Assembly (NCBI GenBank): GCA_002269645.1
Contig: NIVC01000278.1
Coordinates: 375,070-439,069, forward strand
DNA: 64,000 bases
Direction: 5' to 3'
Source of the DNA: Macrostomum lignano
Lineage: Eukaryota
Of the stretch, positions 40,156-53,000 are shown piece after piece. Under the pieces are notes generated by a model, which was given only the letters and a program-made list of their open reading frames with translations, was not told where the DNA came from and ran no database searches. The stretch's first letter is position 1. Each line of letters begins with the position of its first letter. The position numbers and the translations under genes are program-made.

Positions 40156-40728
40156 GGGATAACCAGAAATATTTGACCAGACTAAAAAACAAAGGGTTAC
40201 TCACTTGCAACTCCGTGCTCGCCCAAAAACTGTGTGGCTACCGTGTGAAGCATATCTGAGAGGAAAAGTAGGGAATAATTTATTTTCTTACGATTGTGCA
40301 ATAAACAACACGACACAAAAAACTGTTTTGAGCATGATTTTTACCCCTAGAATCCCTGTAATTATTTTTTACGCTAATCATAGAGTTCTAATCATAGTCT
40401 AATCTAATCTACTCTCTCCCCTCCTCTAAGATCTTCTCTACTCTCCTCAACTCTCCTCTCCCTTCTACTCTACTCTCCTTACCATACCTCTCCTCTCTAC
40501 TCTCTCCCCTTCTCTATCCTCTTCACTACTCTCCTCAACTCTCCTCTCTACTCTCTCCCCTCCTAGGTTTATTTTTTGTGCGTAGTGTGCGTATGCACCC
40601 TAAATTTTAAAATTGCAACCTGAAATAAAAAATTAAAAAATATAAAAATTAATTCAACGTGTAGTCGCATAACCTTTTTTTTCCATGAAGCCTTATTTGC
40701 ACTGCGTTTAAATAAGAAAAAGAGAAAT

Positions 40729-43700
40729 TCCTACCTATCTATCTATCTATAGGAACCTTCGTTTAACTTGACTTTGCGTGGTCGGAATTTCGTGGGGTTT
40801 GCTGCATTCGATGCGTATTGATGGTGCGCTGGTACACAAAATTTTGCTAAGAAATTACTTTAATTTTTAGGGATTAAATATTCGAAAAACTCGATTTTTG
40901 CCCCGTTTTTTTAAGTTTAAACAGTTTTTTTCGATTGAGAAGCATTCTGACTGCCGATGGAATTGTATTGCATCAAAACTAAGTGCCAACTATAGCATTG
41001 GTTCTCTACACTCGCGTGGAGAGCTACAAGCGTTGAAAGGTTGCGCAACAAATTTTAGCTATTGAAATTGAGGGGCGGGTGTTGCTATTCAATTAGTCCT
41101 GGGCATTGGCTTGGTTGTTAATTTTAATGCATCAACTTGCAGGCCTCTCACTGTAGCTGGCGCTGAATGTACACCTTTATAAATTTGACTGCTTTAAAGC
41201 AGGAATATCAAACCGTTGTTTGTGCTTCGAGTTTTTCACTTTCAGAAGAGAGCCTTGTATTGCTGGAAAGAGCTTGAAACGCTGAGTTCGGGAATATAAT
41301 TTCTTTGCTTAGATTCAAAAAATTAAAAGCACAGCATTAAAAAGAAGATTCCTATGAATTTTACTTTATATACTCATTGTACGCTCTCCAATATCGCAAA
41401 CCCCTATTTTATCGCAACTCCACAATTCAAGCCAGCGCCATTGAATTTAGATTTAGATGGCGTAATCATATTGGTGATTTTATTTGAAACTGATACAGAC
41501 TGGCTGTGAAATTTTGTCATAACTGCTTCGTGTGATTTACTCTGTGCGTGGAGTTTTGAAAGTGTTGAATTATGTAAGTGCTACAATTTATGTTATTAAA
41601 ACAATGAGAGATAGCCTAAAGCTCGAAAGGTAAACAGACTGACCTGTTAATGCAGCGACGTGGGTTCGAATTTTTAAATTGTAGAAGTTTTTTATAAAAA
41701 AAATTTATAATTTAAATTTAATAAAGTTTAATTTTAAACTTTTTAGCTAAAGAAAACTAAAAAAACGTCAGGTAAATCAGGCAGAAGAGAAGCTACGAGT
41801 ATTCATGTAGTATATTCAAAACTTTTTATTAAACTGAGATGCCAAGGCTAAGGGGAATTGCTGAGATATCAAGACGTGAGGGGAATTGCTGAGATGTCAA
41901 GACTTAGTGGGGGAATTACTGAGATATAAGGGCTTACTGAGAGAATTACTGAGATGCCAAGGCTTAAGAGTGAATTGCTGAGATGTCAAGGCTTGGAGGG
42001 AATTGCTGAGATGTCAAGGCTTAAGAGTGAATTGCTGAGATGTCAAGGCTTAAGAGTGAATTGCTGAGATGTCAAGGCTTGGAGGGAATTGCTGAGATGT
42101 CAAGGCTTAAGAGTGAATTGCTGAGATGCCAAGGCTTAAGAGTGAATTGCTGAGATGTCAAGGCTTGGAGGGAATTGCTGAGATGTCAAGGCTTGGAGGG
42201 AATTGCTGAGATGTCAAGGCTTAAGAGTGAATTGCTGAGATGTCAAGGCTTGGAGGGAATTGCTGAGATGTCAAGGCTTAAGAGTGAATTGCTGAGATGC
42301 CAAGGCTTAAGAGGGAATTGCTGAGATGTCAAGGCTTAAGAGTGAATTGCTGAGATGCCAAGGCTTGGAGGGAATTGCTGAGATGTCAAGGCTTAAGAGT
42401 GAATAGCTGAGATGCCAAGGCTTAAGAGTGAATTGCTGAGATGTCAAGGCTTAAGAGTGAATTGCTGAGATGCCAAGGCTTAAGAGTGAATTGCTGAGAT
42501 GCCAAGGCTTAAGAGGGAATTGCTGAGATGTCAAGGCTTAAGAGTGAATTGCTGAGATGCCAAGGCTTAAGAGTGAATTGCTGAGATGCCAAGGCTTGGA
42601 GGGAATTGCTGAGATGTCAAGGCTTAAGAGTGAATAGCTGAGATGCCAAGGCTTAAGAGTGAATTGCTGAGATGTCAAGGCTTAGAGGGAATTGTTGAGA
42701 TGTCAAGGCTTAAGAGTGAATTGCTGAGATGTCAAGGCTTGGAGGGAATTGCTGAGATGTCAAGGCTTAAGAGTGAATTGCTGAGATGTCAAATCTTGGA
42801 GGGAATTGCTGAGATGTTAAGTCTTGGGGAGGAATTCTATGGATTTAGGAATCTTTGAACGAGAGATGCTTCTAATGGATATCTCGAGGAGATGAGGGGA
42901 TTCTTTGGCCAAGAATTCTATTCATGGGCGGATTATTTGGATGAGAGATTCTTTGGATTCCTTGAATGGGGGATTCTGTTGATGGGGATTATTTGGACGT
43001 GGATTTTTTGAACGGGGGTTTTTTAGATGAGGGTATTCTTTGGCCAATTATTCTTTTGATGGGAGAATCAATGGATAATGTGGATGGAGATTCTGTGGAT
43101 GGGGATTCTTTGGACGTGGATTATTTGCATGAGGATTCTTTGGAGGGAGATTCTTTAGATAGGAATGGATGGGGATGGATAGGAGGATTCTTTGGATACG
43201 GATAAATAGGGGCATTTTTTCGCTAGGGATGGATGGGGGATTCTTTGGATATGGATGGGTGGGGGATTCTTGGGATATGGATGGATGGGGGGTGTGGCGG
43301 AAAGTGCAATTCATTATTTTCAATCAATTACTCCATCTCAATCTGCGCCGACTCTATTATGCCCGCACATTGATTTTCTCCAAATACGCCCGTATCGATT
43401 TAATGTACGCAAATGCGATGTACGCAAGCCAGGTGAACTTACTCTTTTTTACACGGCCTTCATTAACTATTTAATAAATAAACTGTAGCCCAGTGAGGCT
43501 CGGATCGTGGTTTTTTGTGCATAGCGCAGCGTCGCTAAAAGTTCAATCCAAATTAACTACAATTCAACTACAGGGGGATTCTTTGGATATGGATGGGTGG
43601 GGGATTCTTTCGATGGGAATTCTGTGAATGAGAGATTCTTTAAATAGGGATTCTTTTGAAGGGGATTCTTTGCATGTGAGATGTTATGGATGGGCAATGG

Positions 43701-45542
43701 ATTGGATGGGAAATTCTTCAGATAGGAAAATTCCTTGAATGGGGAATTCTTTGGATCCTGGATTCTATTGATAGGGGTTCTTTGGATGGGGATTCTATGC
43801 ATGTAAGATTCTATGGATGGGCAATTCTTCAGATAGGAGAATTCCTTGAATGGGGAATTCTTCGGATCGGTGATTCTATCGATGGGAGGTTTTTTGTTTT
43901 TTTGGATGGCGGATTCTTTGCATGTGAGATTCTTTGTATCGTGGATTCTATGGGTGGTGTATTCTTTGGATGAGGGATTCTTTGTATGGGAAATTCAGTT
44001 GGGTGAAATTTTATTGCGTGGAAAAACTGTGGCTGGAGTTTGGACGGAAAGCCCCAACGGGAGTTGGAATTGGCTAGCTGAGGAAATTGCTTCATTAATC
44101 TTGCTGGGGGTACTTTCTATCAGGGGTTGCTTGCTATCGGAAGGACGCTTGCTCTTGGGGGATGCTTGCTCGGAAGAGAATTTTAAGATGTCAAGATTTA
44201 CGAGGGGAATTATTGAGATACATGTATAAAATCTTACCTTGGGGAATTAATGACATGTGAAGGCTTAAGAGGGACTTGCTGAGGTGTCAAGTCTTGTTGG
44301 GGAATTGCTGAGATGCCAAGGCTTAAGAGGGAGTTCCTGAGATTTCAAGACTTGGGAAGGAGAATTACTCAGATGTCAAGGCTTAGGGGAATTTCTGAGA
44401 CGTCAAGGCTTGTGGGGGCAATCGCTGAGATGTCAAGGCTTGTGGGGGGAATTTGTTGAGGTGTGAAGGCTTAAAAAGGAATTGCTGAGATATAAAGGCT
44501 TACTGGGAGAATTACTAAGATATCAAGGCTTGGGGAGGGGAATTACTGAGATGTCAAGGCTTTGGACGGGGAGAAATTGGTAACATGTCAAGGTTTGCGC
44601 CGGAATTGCTTAGATGTCAATGCTTGGGGAAAATTTCTGAGGTGTCGAGGCTTGGGGGAATTGCTGAGATGTTAAGTCTTGGTGGAATTCTATGGATTGA
44701 TGATTCTTTGGATGAGGGATGCTTCTAATGGATAAATTTGGATAGGTGATTCATTGGGCAATTTCTTCGGAGGGGCATTGTTTCGATGGAGGGTTTTTTG
44801 AATGGGGGATTTTTTAGATGTATGATTCTTTAGATGGGGGTTATTTGAACGGGGGTTCTTTAGATGAGGGGATTCTGGGATTCTTTGGCCAATTATTTTT
44901 TTGATGTGGGATTATTTTAGGATGTGAATTCTTTGGAGGGGGGATTTTTCGGAGGAGCAATTTTTTGGATATGGATGGTTGAGGGGATTATTTAGATAGG
45001 AATGGATGGGGAAATTCTTTGGATAGGGATGAATTGGAGGATTCTTGGGATAGGGATGGATGGGCGATTCTTTAGATAGGGAAGTGTGGGGGATTCTTTG
45101 GATAGAGGGTTTCTGTGGATGAGGGATTTCTTGAATAAGGGATTCATTGGACGGGGAATTCTTCAGATGAGAGGATTCCTTCAATGGGGAATTCTTCGGA
45201 TCGGGGATTCTATCAATGGGATGGGATGGGGATGGGACGGGAAGGATTGGTATTCTTTGCATGTGAGATTCTATGGATGGGCGACTCATTAAATAGGGAA
45301 TTCTACAGATAGAGGATTCCTTGAATGGGGAATTCTTCGGATCGGGGATTCTGTCGATGGGGGGTTCTTTGTATGGGGATTCTTTGGATGAGGGTTTTTT
45401 GCATGTGGGATTATTTGCATCAGTGATTTTATGGATGAGAGATTCTTTGGATGAGGGGTTCAGTTGGGTGAATTTCTTTTGCATGGGAAAACTTTGGTAG
45501 GAGTTCTGACGGAAAGCCCCAACGGGGGTTGGAATTGGCTAG
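40729..45542 (+). mobile_element. Non-autonomous composite Helitron with two 3' termini
   Basis: The first ~700 bp are homologous to 45570-46300. Contains two [29-bp array + GGATTCTT block] modules, each ending in a hairpin plus CTAG (44074-44077 and 45539-45542). Confidence 0.7.
41826..42822. repeat. 29-bp minisatellite (GAATTGCTGAGATGTCAAGGCTTAAGAGT)n; degenerate second array at ~44190-44690
   Basis: Directly visible tandem units with GGAGG/AAGAGT variants. Confidence 0.97.
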
Positions 45543-45572
45543 TCCATTATACTAAAAATCAAAACTATGTAC

Positions 45573-45618
<46 letters not shown>

Positions 45619-47042
45619 GTCTATAGGAACCTTCGTTTAACTTGACTTTGCGTGGTCGGAATTTCGTGGGGTTTTCTGCATTCGATGCGTATTTTAGGTG
45701 CGCTAGTACACAAAATTTTTCTAAGAAATTGCTTCATTTTTTAGGGATTAAATATTCGAAAAACTCGATTTTTGGCCCGTTTTTTAAGTTCAAACAGTAA
45801 TTTCCGATTGAGAAGCATTCTGACTGCCAATGGAATTGTATTGCATCATAACTCAGTGCCAACTATAGCATTGGTTCTCTTCACTCGCGTGGAGAGCTAC
45901 AAGCGTTGAAAGGTTGCGCAACACATTTTAGTTATTGAATTGAGGGGCGGGTGTCACTATTCAATTAGTCCTGGGCATTGGCTTGGTTGTTAATTTCAAT
46001 GCATCAACTTGCAGGCTTCTCACTGTAGCTGGCGCTGAATGTACACCTTTATGAATTTGAATGCTTTAAAGCAGGAATGTTGAATCGTTGTTTGTGCTTC
46101 AAGTTTTTTACTTTCAGAAGAGAGCCTTGTATTGCTGGAAAGAGCTAGAAACGCTCAGATCGGGAATGCAATTTGTTTGCTGAGATTCGAAAAATTAAAA
46201 GCACAGCATTAAAAAAGAAGATTTCTATGCATTTTACTTTACATACTCATTGTACACTCTCTCATATCGCAACCCCTACCATCACTCAATCAAGCGCCAT
46301 TGATAAGCAAGGAGGGTCTGCTCACGGTGTTGCGCAATAAAGCTCAATACTATATGCTCTTGGTTGATATTGAATTCAACCGTAATTGAATGTACAGTTG
46401 TTGAAACCCCAAACACTGGAGTCACGAGCGCTCAATTCATTGAAGTTGCAGCGCACATTTAATTCACTTTGAATGTGCTGTTAAGGCAAGACTTTAGCCT
46501 GCCTTTTGAACTGGGTTTTCTATAAAGATTCATTTCATCAGCAAAATATCAGATTATAATCTTCTCACCTACCTTTATTAGTACACTGACAACTACTGGC
46601 TTAATTAAACAGTTTCTATCTACACAATTTGATACATAACTGAGATATCTGGTATATTCTGATACAAATTATTATCTACTGAATCGCCATCGAGTATTAC
46701 TTTTTTACATCAAATTATTCATTTCATACTTTAGTACCGCAAGTTGTATAATTATTTGTAAATTGTATAATTATTTTTAAAATGTAGCAACTACTATTGC
46801 AACTTTATTCATTCATACTTTAGTACCGCAGTTGCATAATTATTTGTAAATTGTATAATTATTTGTAAAACGTAGCAACTACTATTGCAACTTTATTCAT
46901 TCATTCTTTAGTACCGCAGTTGCATAATTATATTTGTAAAAAGTAGCAACTACTATTGCAACTATATTATACTTTTATTCCGCATTCTTTTTACCGTATT
47001 TTGTATATTTCTATCCGTACTTACTAAGTATCAATAATAGCT

Positions 47043-50000
47043 ATGGGTCGCCGTGGAGCAAGTCATTTAAAGAAAAGCCGTGAGGCAAAAAAAAGGCGAC
47101 GTGAAGAATCTAGCGCTGAACGCGAGGCCCGTTTGGAAACACGAAGGCAGCGGGACGCCGAGCGCCGAGCCCGTGAAACTGACGCCGAGAGAGCTGCTCG
47201 ACTCGAGGAGCTGCGACAGCGGGACGCAGAGCGCCGGGCTTGCGAGACTGACGCCGAGAGAGCTGCTCGACTCGAGGAGCTGCGGCAGCGGGACGCAGAG
47301 CGCCGGGCCTGCGAGACTGACGCAGAGAAAGCTGCTCGACTCGAGGAGCTGCGACAGCGGGACGCAGAGCGCCGGGCTTGCGAGACTGACGCCGAGAGAG
47401 CTGCTCGACTCGAGGAGCTGCGGCAGCGGGACGCAGAGCGCCGGTCTTGCGAGACTGACGCCGAGAGAGCTGCTCGACTCGAGGAGCTGCGACAGCGGGA
47501 CGCAGAGCGCCGAGCTTGCGAGACTGACGCCGAGAGAGCTGCTTGGATCGAGGAGCTGCGGCAGAGGATTGCTGCCAACCGAGCCTGCGAGACTGACGCC
47601 GAGAGAGCTGCCCGCCTGGAAGACATTCGGCAGCGAGAAGCTGACCGCCGTGCTTCCGAAACAGGATCTGAGCGTTTGGATCGTCTCGAGGCTGAGCTAT
47701 TACGTCGCCGGAGCATTTGGGCTTCGAGGTAAGTCTACTGATGTATGCCGGTTACTCTTCTGGTTTTGTTGATTTAAACTGCACCGTTTTTCTCTGGTCT
47801 CTTTTTCCTTATTGTATAGTTTATGATTGAGTATTTCTGCATTACCTTGAATTTTTGCATTTTGCATTTAGTTTTAGCAAATTTCATTAAGAATACTTAA
47901 GTAATAAGTAATACCTGTAAAATATAATTTACCTTTATCAGTTCAGCACCTGTACATATCTTTAGTCACTATTTGTGATCTGACTGACCATTTTCCCTCT
48001 TAATTTTAGACAGGAAAATAGTGAACCAGCAGCAGCGGCTCAGGTACCTTTTAATCAATTGAGAATAGTTCCCATAGCCGGTGATGGAAATTGTTTTTTT
48101 CACGCTGTTTCTGATCAGTTGCGAGGCACCGCACTTGAAACCGATGCTGCTTCATTGAGGCACAATTTGTCAAGCCGCGCGGCAGAGCTGTGCCACAGTT
48201 GATTGCCGAAGGCTTTGTTTTCCCAGAGAATGCGGATGCCATAATCGAAGCTTCATTTACAGAGGGAACTTATGTGCCCGATGAAATCGTGCCCCTGTTA
48301 AGCCGCTGTTTTCAGGTAGACCTGGTTATTTACCAGCGCAATGGAAGTGTGCTGCAGCACTTTATGTCCTTCGCGCAGCCTCCTCTGGCTGTTGTGCGCC
48401 TGGTTCTGAGCAATGAACACTATGAATCTCTGAGACTTCGAGATCCTTTGCAGGGAATAGAGCCTATGGAGGACCGGGAGTTTCCCGCTCCTGCTGCAAG
48501 CAGAGCACCTGCTGCAAGGACCAGAGTCAACTGGCGCAAGAGACCTGCTGGCTCAGCTGCTGCTACTTCTGCTCCTGGCGCTCGTGCGGAGACTCAAGCT
48601 GGAAACAAAGCGGAAGCTCAGCAGAGGTAATGTCTGAAAGGCGGCGATCATGCTAAACAAGTTTTTACTCTTTATAAATTAATAATCCCAATAAAGGACA
48701 GGGATCAGGCAAGTGAGCCACAAACGATACTTAAGCAGGCATGCTTATTGAGGCTTTTATAACAGTTTTTACATAGAAAATAATTGTTCCGTTCATTCTC
48801 AAATGAACGAATGCTTAAACCTCCCTGCGGCTAACTTGATTTTTTCGTCCGCAATTTTTTCTATGCGTAGTCTTAAAATTTTTAACTTTAATTTACTCTA
48901 AAGAGACGCTTTCAGTGGGTGGGAAAAACTTTTTAATTTAATTAACCGACGCTTTGCCGAAAATTTATTGCAGGAACTCCGACCAGCCAAGACCAGAAGT
49001 GCCGACCCATCAGTGTGGCCGCATGAATTCTGTGTGCAAGTTGTGCGGCGCATTGCGCTGGAACAAGGAAGCCGAGTTTTGCTGCGCCAAGGGCAAAGTG
49101 AAGCTGCCTGTCAGGACTGTTCCGCCAGTGTTGGCTGACCTGTACACCGGAAGGCATGAGAAGAGCAAGGAGTTCCTGGCCAACATCAGGAGCTATAACT
49201 CGGTTCTGCACCTGACGTCATTCGGTGCTGATCTGCGACCCACGCCTGGTGGGTGGAACCCGAGCTTTGTGATCAGCGGAAAGTTGTACCACAACACTGC
49301 GCCGCTGCTAGCTGATGCTCCGAATGCGCCTAGGGGCTGGCAGGTGTACTTTATGGACCGCGAGCTCGAAAGCCGCCTTAGCCTCAGCCAAAGAGTGAAG
49401 CCTGAGCTGCTGCAGTTGCTGCAAGGATTGCTTCACGAGTGCAATTCCTATGTGCGGAGTCTGCGGGCTGCAGCGCAGCGAATCAGCGAAGATCCTCAGC
49501 TGTGCGATGCGTGGATTGTGATTTACCCCGATCGACGCCCGGCTGGTGAACACATTCGGTAAGCTGCATTTTTCAAACATGGATATTTTAGTAGAATCTT
49601 CTAATATAGTATAATAAATTTGATTGAAACCCCATCTGTCCACAATAAGGCGGTACAATCTGCCCACGGCAAACGAGGTCGGAATCCTAATTGTCGGGGA
49701 TGCTGAGGAAGCACCGAACAGTCGTGAAATCGTCATCCAACTGCGAGGAGGTGACACCAAGCGCATTTCTGAGACGCACAGATCCTACGATCCGCTAGAG
49801 TACGTCCTTCTGTTTCCGAACGGAGAGAGCGGCTGGCATCCCGAGCTTCGCATGACCAATGGCCGCAAACTGACTCCCATGAAGTATTACGCCAGCGAGA
49901 TCATGGTGCGAGCCGACCAGTTCAACGTGCTGCACCACGGCCGGCGGCTGTTTCAGCAGTACCTGGTGGATCAGGCGGCCAAGATCGAGTCGGAGAGGCT

Positions 50001-53000
50001 TCTCTATTTGCGTACTCATCAGGACGACCTTCGCAGCGAGACCTACAGTGGGTTGCGTGATGCCCTGTTTGCAGCTGATGGACTGCACACTGGCAAGGAG
50101 CCGAAGGAAATTGGAAAGCAGGCGCCCGTGTTTCTCTCCTCAAGCTTCGTGGGCGGACCGCGATATCTAATGGAGCGGCTCCAGGACGCCATGACTTACG
50201 TTCAGAAATTCGGCAAGCCGGATCTGTTCGTGACGGCGACTTGCAATCCGAAGTGGCCAGAGATCACCGCTGAACTGTTGCCAGGACAGCGGCCAGAGGA
50301 TCGTCCTGACATCGTTACTCGTGTCTTCGAGCTTAAGAAGAAGGCCCTCGTGTCGGAGCTCAGACATCGCTTTGGAGTGGAAGCCGCGCACGTTTGTTCT
50401 CTGGAATACCAGAAGCGCGGTGAGTTCAGTTGATCAGAAATAACTTATTCATTACACTTTGCTTTCTGCTGAGTTCAAGCCTCACTGATGTTTTTACCTT
50501 GCTCTAGCATGCTCCCTTCCAGTAAATATTTTTTCTGATTTGACTTTCATTTTACTGAAGGACTTCCACATGTGCACTTTCTACTGTGGCTGGCCAGCGG
50601 ACACCGAGTAACTCCAGATCGGTACGACGCGCTTGTGTCTGCGGAGATCCCAGACCCACAGCTTGAGCCCGTGCTGCATGAGCTGGTCAAGACGCACCTC
50701 ATCCACGGACCATGTGGGGCGGATAACCCAGCCTGTCCCTGCATGGAGAAGGGGAAGTGTACCAAAGGCTTCCCGAAGGACTTCCAGTCGGTGACGATGT
50801 CTAGCGAAACCGGTTACCCGTTTTATCGGAGACTGTCACCAGAAATGGGCGGCTTCACCGTCGACAAATTATGCAAGGGCCGAACCATTCGTATGGACAA
50901 CAGGTGAGTGAAAAAGAGGATTTCCACATGAGTGAGCTGCCCGGCCGTCTTAGCACTATTTTAACAGCTAAGTTCTTACTATTCTGGTTCAGAAAATTCT
51001 AACATTGCTTCTTTCTTCTCAGCTGAAAAATTTACTATCTTGAATTTAAAGCATTCATTTAAAATTATTAACAAGCAACGAACCCGGAATTCCCTTCAAA
51101 ACGCAAGGTGGGTCGTGCCATATAATCGAGAGCTGTTGCTCATGTTCAACTGCCACCTGAACGTTGAAGTTTGCGCGACGGTTCGAGCCGTGAAGTACAT
51201 CATTAAATATTTACTCAAGAATGGCGACATGGCAACCTTCAAAGTTGACGCTGCTAAGAATTCAGCGAAACCCCAGGCGCCTGCAGCTGCAGCTGAAAGT
51301 CAGCCGATAGCTTCTAACAAGCAGCAGCGCACTGCCAATGAGAAGGCTGCCAAAGAGCCACGAGACGAAATTGATGAGTACCTGTCTGGTCGCTACATCG
51401 GGCCCATGAAGGCTGTGAATACCATTTTGGGCTTTGAAGTAATTATCTTTTTGACTGTGGCTTACAAACTTTCATCATAGTTATGCAGTGACAAAACTTA
51501 AGCTGTGTTTCTCGAGTGTTAACTTATTTACTTCCCAAAGCTCTTTTGCCATTTCCCACCATCTCCCAGGTGCACAACCGCTTCCCACCGGTCATTCGCC
51601 TCGGCGTACACAAGCCGGGAGAGCAGCTTGTCTACTTCAACGAGCAGACCGCGGCGGCCAAAGCAAGAGCGCCTCGAGATTCGACTCTGACAGCATTCTT
51701 CAAGTTGTGCCTCAGTGACGCTTTTGCTCGGCGTCTGCTCTACACGGAGGTGCCGTCCTATTTCGTCTGGCACCAAACTGAGCGCGCGTGGCGCCGAGGC
51801 AAGATGGGCGACGAAGTCGAAGGTCACCCTGGTGTGAAGCGCAGCAAGAACATCTCTCGGATGTACACGGTGAGCCCGAGGGCAGGGGACTTGTTTTACA
51901 TGCGCCTGCTTCTCCTGCATGTCCGAGGGCCCACCAGCTTCGAGTCGCTGCACACGGTGGATGGAGTGCTGCACACGGATGCCAAATCTGCCTGCATGGC
52001 ACTCGGTCTGCTGCATCGTGACGACCATTGGCAACGATGTCTGGCTGAGGCTGTCCAATCTCGCATGCCAAGAGCCCTCAGGCACCTACTCGCTGTCATT
52101 CTGATCTGGGGAGAGCCGGATAGCGGACTGGACCTGTGGAACGCATTCGCAGAGGACCTTGGCGAAGATCTACGCTACCACAACCGTGATCTAAGTACAG
52201 AAGAGGTCACCGACATGACGTTGCGCGAGCTGCAAAGCCTGCTGACCTCTATGGGCGGTCGCAGCTTGCGAGAGTACGGGCTGCCGGCCGCCTCTGCCAT
52301 GCCTCAAGTAGGCCCGATGCAATTCGACACGGACGAGCAGGCTGAGATAGCGAGGACGCGCCTGCCAACGCTGACCGACGAACAGAGGGCCGTGTACGAG
52401 GCAGTGACTGCCGATCTGATTGCCGGCTCTGGCGGACTGCATTTTCTGGACGCTCCAGCTGGCTCAGGGAAGACCTATTTGCTAGAGGTTTTGCTGGCGT
52501 TTGTAAGAAGCCGCGGAGAAGTCGCCCTGGCCGTAGCGTCATCTGGCATTGCAGCCACTTTGCTACCAGGTGGACAGACGGCGCATTCCACGTGAGTTTT
52601 AAACTTCATGGTTTTTAATTTTGCTACATTTAACTTTCTGCATGTATTGGTGCATAGTACATGCAATCTATCTATATAACGGCATGATTCGAGGTTTTGA
52701 TTTTTCTTTAAAATTAAATCAAAGAAAGAAATATAAAAGTTGATTGTAATTTTTTTCAGCTTCACAATCTGCCGAAACAATCTCAGAAAATCGATTGCTT
52801 ACATTCAAGAAAAAATTCTGATGGCCTGTGCACAATTTCATTCTCTCCAGTTTCAAGATCCCAGTTCGACTCGTTCGCTCGGAGAAGGACGTCTGCTCGA
52901 TTAGCTCGCAGTCAAAGCAAGCAGCGGTGTTGCGGACAGTTCGGCTCATCGTCTGGGATGAGATTTCAATGGCCAACCGGAAGGACCTGGAGACTGTCGA

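Larger units (their letters stand above)
35700..40255 (-). pseudogene. Spliced gene fragment with HMG-box-like helix and possible degenerate PHD-like Cys/His cluster
   Basis: Exon 40255-40205 (phase 1) splices in frame to the exon starting at 37033: LHTVATQFLGEHGVAKWTPALKAEYQALTQDEKYALRQRAKDRPRDFKS... A GTATGT donor lies at 36076, and the downstream Cys-rich block is frameshifted. Confidence 0.4.

Noticed and set aside
41610-41675. tRNA or tRNA-derived SINE (GGGTTCGAAT B-box-like)
   Set aside because: No cloverleaf or clear A-box can be built; at most a degenerate relic.
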